DNA of 64,000 nucleotides from Amphiscolops sp. MND2022 (taxonomy: Eukaryota), in NCBI GenBank assembly GCA_964187785.1, contig OZ076409.1:28336001-28400000 (forward strand). Reading direction: 5' to 3'. Below the pieces are notes generated by a model. That model saw only the letters and a program-made list of their open reading frames with translations. It was not told where the DNA came from and searched no databases. A program made the position numbers and the translations under genes. Within the stretch, counting starts at the first letter, position 1. Every line of letters starts with the position of its first letter. This document shows positions 53,401-64,000 of the stretch, piece by piece.

Positions 53401-55280
53401 GTGTCACGAAGACGACGACCAGTACCGTAGACGCATTGACGACATCAAGACCCAGGTGCAATCGTTTGTGACGCCCTCTGACCCAACACTGTTCTCCACC
53501 CGATTCTACCAACGGAACCAGATTCACACGTTAAATCAGGTATGCCCTTCGGGGAATTCAGAAATTGTTATGTCTCAAGGCGAAAATAGTGATGTCCAAC
53601 GGGTAATTAGGATCAGTACTGTGCAAGAAACCCCTCCAAACCAAGTTAACTTTGCAAGTAGCTTTTTCCAAAAACTCTTCAAAAACCGTAACTTGAAGTC
53701 GTGAACAACTTGCTGTACAGGCAGTTTTGTGACAATGTAGGAAACTTAGCTTACCGACAAATTGTAGTTCCTCCAGAAACTACGGAAGCCATAATCAGTA
53801 CGATGCATGGCGACCCCACGCAGGGACACCCTGATCTTCAAAAAAGTTAGGTGAACTCAAGAAAAGGTACCACATCCCGAACCTAGCCGACAAAGTTCAA
53901 AGGTTTGTTAACAACTTCCAAGACTGTATTAAAGCAAAACCTGTAAAACCCAGCTCGGTAACACCACCACTCGAACCAATCTATGACCCCTGCAACGGTC
54001 CAGAAGATGTCCTTGAAATCGATTTAGTTGGTGAGCTACCACGATCTAATGGGTACTAAAACATCCTGACTGCATGCAATTACTTTTCGCGATATCTGTT
54101 TGCCAGTCCGATCCGTAAGCTTGATACCAAATCTGTAGTAGAAGCACTGATTGACATGTTCGCGAAACGCGCCTATGTGCCGAAACACATTATAACAGAC
54201 AAAGGGTCGGCATTCACATCGAAAGTCATAACAGAACAGATGGACAAAGCCGGAATCAAAATCTCACCCGCGATAATCAAACTTGCCCAAACTATTGAAA
54301 TGATTGAAAGGTCGCATCAACGTTTGAAACAGATTTCGAAAATAAACGTCTCCGCAGACCGACCACAGTGGGACCGATTCGTCAACCGCGCTGTGATGGC
54401 GCACAATACGACCTATCACCAAACTATAAAATGTGGAACCACCAAACTCAGATCACCGAGGAACGTCACGGATACACAGACGTTAGTGGACAAAATGAAC
54501 GCCAAATTCAAAGAAACTCACACCAATATAATCCGAGCCTTCCATAAGTACAAAGCGTACTATGACCGAAAAGCGCAACCATCACCACTAAAAGTAAACG
54601 ACATTGTCTTTTTAGTGAACCATAAAATTGGCACGTATTCCTAAAAAATCCCTTTCAACTCTTGCAAATGGGAAGGGCCTTACAACGTTGTTAAAGTTTT
54701 GACACAATTGAACTATATCATCAGAAAAGTCGGTACCTTCAAGACGCAGTGTGTACATAGAATGCGACTGCGCCCATTCGTGCCACACACAAGATCGAAG
54801 ACGTAAGTGACGACGTGAACCGACATTATAGTGACCCCGACGCAATTGGCGATCAGTCAATATTCAACAATAATCTGCCTGCATCCGAACAATCATCGCC
54901 GGCTGAAAACACATTCGAACTCGGCACAAACGAAACTGAAACAATCGATTCTGAGCACGGATCATTTTATGATGAACACAAACGGGTTCATGAGGTACCA
55001 CCTCTGTCTAACCCGCTGCCTGAGGCCATCCACACCGACCGTACGTACCGAACTGAAACTGAAATTCAATCCGACGAACCAGACATACCACTGCCATATC
55101 ACGAATCTGAGCAACAAATTCAATCAAATTATGTACGGCATCGACCACATCATCCGTCGAAACGTCTGCACCGATCACACGCAACAATATTACCAGATAT
55201 AGCCTTCGGGGGGCACCTGTGCCTAAAACGTTTGATAACTTCCTTGTTCATGAACTGCAAGCAAAGCCCGCATTTTTAAA
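50429..55280 (+). pseudogene. pol: Ty3/Gypsy pol (PR-RT-RNase H-IN), disrupted
   Basis: Protease LLDTGA; RT SSPIF..RKPNGKLRILVDLR, KLDCSQAY, YFDG (degraded YxDD); RNase H CDAS, KEFLA, TDNKAL, ADYLSR; integrase IDLVG, TDKGSAF, IERSH, WEGPY. Domain order is Gypsy-type; several stops and frameshifts. Confidence 0.95.
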
Positions 55281-56545
55281 ATTCATGCAACGCAAATCTG
55301 CAAGCCAATAGAAATTTTATGCATCCAATCAAATGTAACCTACACAACTACATGTAACTACCAACATGAAAAAACTTTTCAGTGACGACTGACACTCACT
55401 GTCATAGACACTAGAGAGTACCGGCAGAATAACATATTACTCTCTACCGAGACAACTGAGCAAAAGGTAAACATATGCAATGTAGCTGCACTCCCCACAT
55501 CACTACATGTAACTTGCTGTTCCACTCTCTTCCGAAGCTGAAGGAATTAAAATCTACATGTAATGCTGCAACGCACACCACATTATCGTGACCGAAAATT
55601 AGAAATTCATGTATTCAACAAGAAACTCAGACACTAATTTATTCAGTTCACGGGAAAATCAACGCAAGCAAATAAAAGGGATCGCTCAGCAATCCCGATC
55701 GAAACAAACAGAATCAGAAGCTTCCTGCAAGCAAAACAACAACAAACACTCAACAGTAAGACGCAGAGAAAACTGAGCTGCCTCACGAACGTTACACCGT
55801 CTGAACTTAACTTGTTGTCACCGGAAAAAAGAAACTCATGTGGTGTGGTTAGCTACGTTCAAAATCAGATGAAGCTGTGCTTCCCGGGGAATCCGATGAC
55901 ACAGTGGAATATAAGTTAGTTTTGAATAGGTTTTGTGACGACAAAACCTTGTCCCGAAAACTTGAACTTTTAACAGTAAAGCAACGACAGTAAAAAGCAG
56001 TCGTCACACCTCTTCCGACTTAAAAGTCGTGAACGCCTTGTTCTTCCTGGTGATTCGTAGGCTTCGCCTCGCGTCAGAAAGTGCTAGGTACAAGCATATC
56101 AACCACCAATGGACATGGGTTACCCATTTCCCATTTATTGACCTTTAAAAGAGGACACACGTCACGAGTGATGACGTCACATGACACACATTAGCGACGA
56201 CGATGTCAAGAATGACATTTATTTCACGAAGTATACATGCATTATACACAAAAAAAGGGTGTATAACAGATGTAAAACATGTAAATTCACCCACGAAAGT
56301 GAACAAAACTCAAAAACAGTTCAGTAAGGTCACATGTAACAAACCGGCATGGCAATCAACAACTAGTATCAAATAAACAAAAAGTACTTCCAAACTAAGA
56401 GCACAGTAACACCAACCAGTATACATCATTCAAAAGAAAAAAAAGAGTCCAAAACTTTCCAACAAACAAAAAATGTATGCATCAGGACCACATGTAATGA
56501 TAACAAGCCAATAAGTTCCAACACGGTGCAGTTTTCATCTATAGT

Positions 56546-59500
56546 TTAATCCCCTTCTCCAGACGAATCGACCTGGCTGTAACTAGACCGTTTCTTCCCC
56601 CCAGTCACAATATCTTCACTAAATGAGCCATCATCAGAATCCGTAACGTTAGCAAGCTTTAGAATTTTTTTCCTCTGGGTACCCCTCCGGTTCGTTGCCC
56701 TCTTGATTGACGATCACGTCCACTACCACGACTCGTTGAAGGAGTACTGAGGGACTGTTTTTCTTCGGAGTCGACTTGCGACCCCCTCGAACAGACCGAA
56801 CAGCAGCGGAAAGACTAGCCGCGAGAGCAACATCACTTTGAGGCCGCCAACCTTTCTAAGCAGACTTACCACGTGCGACGACGGGACTACTGCGAATTCC
56901 GGGGCAAGGTGGGCTCATCACTTCAACCAAGTCAAGTTGTGCTAATACATGCGAACGATAATCATCTACACGAATAGTCGGTGGAGCAACCAAGTCACTC
57001 GTCAGTATCGCATCTCCCAATGACAGCGCCTCGCCTAGCCCAGATTTGAGGAGTTGGTTCCACGATTTAGACCTTGTTTCGTTCATTAAGCGCGACACTT
57101 GCGTATCGCTTGTCTCACACACACGTAGCAGTCCAGTGAGGGTCCAAAGAATACGCCCCGCGAAAGACTTAGTGAGCCAGCTCCGAACGAAGTGCAAACT
57201 GGACCGTAGGGTATCGGCTGGCATAGAAACGTCCATGTCATCCACAAAGTCAGGTTCATAGACTCCAGTAACAACTCTTGACATTGTGACCAGTAACGAT
57301 AGGTAAGCCATAGTGACATCACATCGTCTATCACAGGGGCACTCTCGCTCAAGGTCCACTTCTTTTTGTAGAATTTTGCCACTTCTCGGTATTGCCTCAA
57401 CACAACTATGGAATTATCATCGTCTAACGGAGTAAGCGAATTATCATCATCAGCTGGAACGGAGTAAGGGTAGCGCACGTTTCGACCAGCGCTTCGATGC
57501 CGCGATCATCGGATCCTTTATATTTTAGTTCAGGGTCCAAATGAATCATACTCAATTGACCGACGACTCCTCGTTGCCACGTCTCATCAATCTCTCGACA
57601 AATAACTCCAAGTAGCTTCTGAACAGATGTGTAAAAGAAACGCAATTGAGCCTGCACATCTGCACATCGTATCGGAAGTATTGACCGAAGTGCAGCTTAT
57701 ATAAACTCTCATCAACTGCCGCATAGTCGGGAATGGCGGGTGGCGTATAAACAAAACAAAGCAACTTGGGGACAAATTGCGACAGCTTACGCTCTGCTAG
57801 TTTGTTGCTGTCCCTACTACATATGGACATCCGTTGACAAGTTTCAGTCACTGTAAACACAACACAGAACCAGTAGAGGAACACAAGTACAAATCCCCCT
57901 TAGATCAGACATCCAAAAAGGTGTCGTTAAATCTTATTAAACAATTTTCGCCCAAGCCCACCTACAAAAAAGGAGCGATAAATTTCCGACGCAAGCAACT
58001 TGTAATACTAACACAAATCTAAAATCAGACCCAAGACAGCAAATCGGGGGCGCATCATGACATCATCGAAGATTTGTCCTTCAATAGGAGTCACTAGGCG
58101 TAGTTCTGACGTCACATTTGGCCGATGAGTGCCGAAGTACACGGCAAAGTCGTTCCAGTACTCAACAACTTCCACACACAAAGCATAACCACATCGCTGC
58201 CTCCAGAACGAATGAACTGAAACAACGTAAATATCAATCTAGCAAGACCAGAAGCACACTGTAGCTCCTAAATACTAGGCTTAAAAGAAGTTTCGGAAAA
58301 AGAAAAAAAATTCCCGATTAATCCATGTCCTATGATGATCCACATCTCAAACATCATAAAAACTACTTACTCGTCTTAATTGAGGCAATCGGTTCATGAA
58401 GCCTTCTTGCACAACCGAAGACAATCGCACACGCCAATACTCTAAGACACTCAGTGGGTCCAAACCACCAAACTCAGCCAAGAAAAGTTTCCGCACCAAG
58501 TCCAATAGCCACATTTGTGTCACACGGCCAATCACTTGCGGATCACGGACCCCAATCGCTGCAGCTAGAGCGTATCCGATACGCGTGTCACACTCCGTAC
58601 TGTATTGCCTGATATTTGCTGAATGTCGTAGTAAAACAGGCATGACATTAGACAGCATCCGTGATTCCCAGCCAGTCCCTACTGATACCACAGCGAGTAC
58701 AACTGATTTCAAGGTCAGGTCTCCAATCACTTGGCACTCACAAAACCATTCAACATTGTGCCGTCTGATACTGATCCCAATGCTTTTGCCTTGAGCTAAA
58801 AGACTGTCTAATTGCTCCACAACGAATCGGTACAGCCCGTATAGAACAAGACTCTGGTAACACAAAAGCAGATTTGATTAGACTTACACGCCCACGTCAA
58901 CACCCCAAATTCCGCAAACTCAAACATCGAACGTTACACTTAATTTTCCCCCCCTCATTTACGTCCTACTGAGTCATTGCCCGGACACCTAAAATTAGAA
59001 GTAAAGCGAAGCATATACCTGACATTTAGCATAGTTAAGGGTACGGCATTCAACGCGTAGTTCCGAATTGAAACCGTCTCGCCAAGACTCCACCATGCAC
59101 ATGACGTCACCGAATGAATTGGGCCTGCAGAAACTGGTTATAAACCGACCTATCCACAAAAACGACACACTTTCTGCTGACAAGGAAGGCCTCTCACCAA
59201 CAGACGCTTCGGCTTCCTCTATGGCGACTCGCTCGTCGATGGTTAAACTCAACTCGGACACGAGGAAGGCTGGCGGCTCTGTCATTATCGCTTGTCGAAT
59301 TCGTCGATATTCTTGTGCAGTGACCGGACGACAGGCTTTGTCCAGAAGTGGCATCCGCATCATTATACGGTACTTTTGTTCGAGGCGCGTTTGCTCCACA
59401 CCCCGCTAATGCTCCCAAAGTGAAGAAAGGCCTCGTCCAGCGATACTCAAATCTGCCTTGCAGTGCAGACACCTCGCGTAGCCGTCCACAACGCGCTTAT

Positions 59501-60936
59501 GACGCGGAAAGCAAACGAAAGTGCCGACCACGCCGGACACAAAGTAGGAAGGCTTCAATGTCTTTTNNNNNNNNNNNNNNNNNNNNNNNNNNNNNNNNNN
59601 NNNNNNNNNNNNNNNNNNNNNNNNNNNNNNNNNNNNNNNNNNNNNNNNNNNNNNNNNNNNNNNNNNNNNNNNNNNNNNNNNNNNNNNNNNNNNNNNNNNN
59701 NNNNNNNNNNNNNNNNNNNNNNNNNNNNNNNNNNNNNNNNNNNNNNNNNNNNNNNNNNNNNNNNNNCACCACGTGGTGTTATTTGACGATTTGTTTGAAA
59801 CCACGGACCGCGAGCAATCGAAAGCACTCGGCACATCTGACAATCGACTCACACTGGCAGCTGCAGAACCATGAACGGAAACAGGACTGCCGGGGACTTC
59901 AAGCTGTACAGAAGGCGCTGCCACAATGATTTGATCAGCCCCACTTTCAGAAGGCAACGTGGGAACCGTGAGCTGCTCCATTGCTGTCTTCAGTTTCTGA
60001 ATGAAGTCCTCAATAGACAACGCTCCTACAGGACCCAATTCAACTAACTTAGCATCGACGACCGCCTTTACCGTCTCCGACAACTCTTTGGTCACACGCT
60101 GGACTAGAGCTTGTAACTCTGTCTTAGTCACAGGCAAACCAGCAGAAGTACCTACAGCACCCAATTTTGCCTACCTAATGTTATGTACTACCTTACATCC
60201 AAGATTCAACAGTTTCAACAACGACCGACGGACTGAGCCCCCTTCCAAGTAGTAACAATATCGACTTACCAAGCTGACCCGGAAAGATACGAACTGATCA
60301 GTTCCTCAACACTTCCGTCTGGCAATCCAATCGACCCAGGAACACGTCTGGAAGCCAGAAGTTTACGGAGCAATTGCAATGTGTCCACCAAAGCTAACTC
60401 TGCTGCAACACAAACGATGGTCTCTTAGCGACTACATCAGTTATCCAGAGCATTAGTTCCCGGGAAGTATAAATGCACTGATGCTGGTACCGCTCCTATA
60501 GCGTGCCGGTATAATAACCAACCAGAATGGTCTGATGGACAACAAAATTTTTAGACGGCTCCTGATCAGAAGTAATAACTGAGGTGTCCAAGAATGGCAA
60601 CACCGGCTCCAACAAATAACCTATCTACCCGAAAAAAAAAACAAAAGTTGTGAGATTAGCAGAAGAAAACGTGTACTCACTGAATTCACTTGATAACGCT
60701 GTCTCCAGCAGAGTATTAGCAGACTCGTCATTAGCAGCAGTAACCTTGCCGGCGAATCGGCAACCCATCTTCGAGACACCTTCTCTCAGAACTTCATCTG
60801 CAGCAGTTGGTAACTCACTGCCAACCGAAGAGAAACTAAACGGTTCGAACTCAGCAAGCACACCTTCCGCAGCTAATACAACCGACGCAACATCTGCATC
60901 AGTCTGAGGAGGTCCCTCTTGTGACGGCGAAGTCAT
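56546..60936 (-). pseudogene. Multi-exon antisense gene encoding a BED-finger, hAT-transposase-like protein (disrupted in this copy)
   Basis: Chain of minus-strand ORFs with GT-AG junctions: donors at 60680, about 60269, 59018 and 58370; intron 59018-58854 joins KCQ|SLV in phase 0; acceptor before 60957. Finger RCLHCKADLSIAGRGLSSLWEH; later CVEVVEYWNDFAVYF and LSLLVTM...DTLRSSL. Contains a 200-N gap. Confidence 0.6.
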
Positions 60937-61488
60937 AAGTAACAATAACAAGCCAGTCTGAAAAGAGAAGAAAAGTTGAGACTATCCAACTAGAAGCATA
61001 TAGTCGTTTGCGATTTACTGAGATTCAAAGTATTTTCTAACCATCTTGTGGACTGATCACCCGCTTTATCCTTGACAAAAAGCTACCTCAACGTTACAAA
61101 GGAACCACCCGGTTCCCGAAAATCTATCACTTTCTATTCCAAACCAAAGGGACAAATGTAACCCAAAAAACCATAGTTAAATCACATCCGACTCCCTAGC
61201 TTAGCCTACTTTTAGCCCACTTGATCATCAGTACCGTTACTCAGTAAGCCGCGGTCGACCGAAACTGTCTGATTTCCAATGACAATTGTAATGAAAAATT
61301 AATCCTGTTCGTATTTGGCAACGACAAAGAAGTGTTTACAAAGGGCACAACACTCCACTACATTCAACTTCCGAACAATTACCGAATAAGCCGAGTAATT
61401 ATATTACGCTGCCACGTTAGATTAATTTCCGGCGAATTCACTCTTACCTTAACTCTCTTTTTGAAAACAATGCGCACGACTGGATGAC

Positions 61489-61782
61489 GTGGCTACCCTC
61501 GCCACATCAACTCTATATTTACTCTTTACCGATGTGGAACACTCAAAGCGCGACTACGATTTCTTCCTCTCGCTTGCCAAATCCGAAAAACAATGTGGTT
61601 GCTATGACAACATCACTGCTATCTCCAATCACCGAATACAGCCGAATTCAACTTTGCGAATCGGAATGCAGCGTCCAATCTCTCCCACAACGAGAAAGAA
61701 AAGCTATTCGCCATCCCCGTCACATGTTCTCTTCCAAAATAGACCCGGAGTGTCATGTCTGATGCATGAGAACATCGAATAG
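61489..61782 (+). other. Short sense-strand ORF remnant before the putative 3' LTR
   Basis: 97-codon open frame with non-ATG start and no recognised domain; coding status uncertain. Confidence 0.25.
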
Positions 61783-61860
61783 AGATGTGGTTAACTGCAC
61801 AACATCCAAGAAACGAAACAAATCGACAGACAATACGGGAGAGCAAACGAAGGAAAAGAA

Positions 61861-62768
61861 TGTAGTTAACCCAACCACATCATCAAACCTGAAACTCAAA
61901 ACTTGCATTTACACCATTTATATTTAGTTTTCAAATAGCATTGCTCTTTCTCAACCATAATCATACAATTTCTACGTGTACCTTCCAAAAACAATTTCAT
62001 TATACTTTACATGATGTGGATGACACACCATCATCAGATTTCACTTTAATGCAGTTAGCCATGTAAACATTACTTATATAATCATTTAGTCATACGATGA
62101 TAGTAGAATAACCACATTGCAGTGCTCTACGAATATACCAATTAGTGAGTCATGTAACCATATTAACGCAAGTACATTATATTTCAGTGCAGTATCGAAC
62201 TTAAACTCAAATTGCGCAATTACCAGTTGAAGTGTGAATCTACACCACCAAAATGCTGCAATACTATTGGTCGATGTGGTCACGTGACCAACATCGACAT
62301 ACTCAATAGCAGGTACGAAAGTGCCACCAGAAGAATGTGAAAAGATATTACGTAGAGCTGCTAACCACATTAGTATCTAGATATTACCAGTCTCAACATT
62401 CTCGATTTATCCTTGCTATTTTCAACAATCAATGAAACTTTCTAACTCTATGTTTTCCTTTTTGGTTAATACTAGATCTCAAACAGCCAGAAATACTTCA
62501 TCGAATATGAAGGGGACTGATAGATATAGTGATACCGAGAGCGAAGGTAGTGTTCCTGAAGTATTGACAAGAAATCAAATGAGAGAATTTGACGATGGAA
62601 ATTTGCTACACAGTAGAAATGAGACTGAACGTCTGACTGTAAACCAAAGGTTCTCAGAAATGAACAAACAAATAACCGAGTTAACGAATCTAGTTTTGGT
62701 ACTAACGGAGAAGCTTTCCTCTAGCAAAAGAGAAGGGAACGACATTGGACATGATACCCGTTCCGACA
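61861..62768 (+). mobile_element. Putative 3' LTR of the Gypsy element, including a gag-like start
   Basis: Purine tract GAAGGAAAAGAA is followed directly by TGTAG at 61861 (alternative start TGTGG at 61786). Ends CGTTCCGACA at 62768, where the gag-like frame VNTRSQ...HDTRSD loses its coiled-coil character. No 5' LTR in the window for comparison. Confidence 0.45.
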
Positions 62769-64000
62769 AGTACACCGCGCCCTTGTACACCCTTCTGTTG
62801 GCGAAGAAACAATTCCTCATGAGAAGCAATAAAAGTTGAAAAATTTCGCAGTAGTTACTTCGGAGTCTGACAAAACCACTTCGATATTTTTTGTCAAACT
62901 CTTTTACGTCAACAACTTAATCTAAACATTTTAACGCTAGCCATTTAATGCAGTCTAAAGTGCTACATTTAGATGCTATTACCAGGAGCTACGTCCTGGT
63001 AACACTCTTCCGAATAGACACAACCTTTCTGGCGATCTTTTGGATGAAATTGACGAAGAAACAACTGGTATTGGCAAATCCAAACTTCATAGTAGAGAAG
63101 TTATGATTTCCGCTGATGCATGGACAGATGTGAATCAGACACCCATCTTAGCGTCTTCTACTGTTTGTGATGGTAAAATTTGCCTAGTTGATGCTGCAGA
63201 CACAACTGGCGAAGGACAACAGCTGTTCAATTAGCCCGTTACGCATCTGTTTACACTACAGTTTGGAATTTGATGGTTTTTGCGCAGCCATATTATACTA
63301 CAAGCATGCCGCGGTGCGAAAATTGTCTCAAAATTATTAAAATTTTCCTTCAAAGCTAATGTTTTGAATAAACAATCTCACACTGGAAAATTGAACCCTG
63401 AATTGATTGAATTGTTTGCCTTTCCAACGCATGAAATATAAGCAGAGATAAATTAAAAACACATATTTACAATTGAACCGAATTGTCTTCAAAATTTAGA
63501 GAAAGAGCGTGGTTTTGATGGTTCTCCCATCATTCACGGGAAAACTCTGAGTGATTCGTGGTCATTCAGAAATGTTTAAGTGGCATTGATCTGTTGATAG
63601 ACCGGCAGAATTCTTCAAAGCTGTAAGGTAGAATGGAGTAATCCATGCCATACATGACGTTCCCCAGGAACCAGAGCTGATCATCAGTGATGCTGTCGTA
63701 ATGATGCAGGACTCTTTCATCATTTTTGCTAAAAGTCCTCAGGTATGAGAGTTGGTTCTTATAAAATTCAAAATCATTTTGGTTTGTTGGTTTCATAAAG
63801 TCTCTAACTTGTCTGAAATTTAGATTTCGTTTCAAAATGCATGCCGAATGATTATGGATTGAACTTCACGATTAAATTTTGAGAAACTGACTAGATTCCA
63901 AAACTGAGAATACATTTCGCTCTGACATTTTTTTTGCTCTGAATTTACCATAATTAATTTAGTGTTGCTACTCTTTGTCCAAGTTGCAGCGTAATTTTGC

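Overview
AT-rich, repeat-dense eukaryotic (invertebrate animal-type) genomic DNA with spliceosomal introns and two 200-N gaps. It is not prokaryotic, and the species cannot be established from the sequence alone. Host genes: two paralogous three-exon rhodopsin-like (class A) GPCR genes on the minus strand (23631-17556 and 47595-39635). Each splices to 322 aa and they share intron positions. A probable last exon of another gene lies at the window start. Almost everything else is nested transposon material: hAT, MULE, Tc1/pogo-type and CCC-ended DNA elements with visible TIRs/TSDs, a DINE-1/Helentron-like (HINE) family, a 1.9-kb solo LTR, a decayed BEL/Pao element and a decayed Ty3/Gypsy element. 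The most notable observation is a multi-exon antisense gene (about 60936-56546) between the Gypsy integrase and a putative 3' LTR. It encodes a BED-finger protein that looks like a highly diverged hAT transposase, suggesting an LTR retrotransposon carrying a spliced, DNA-transposase-derived cargo gene. All assignments are by eye; no searches were run.
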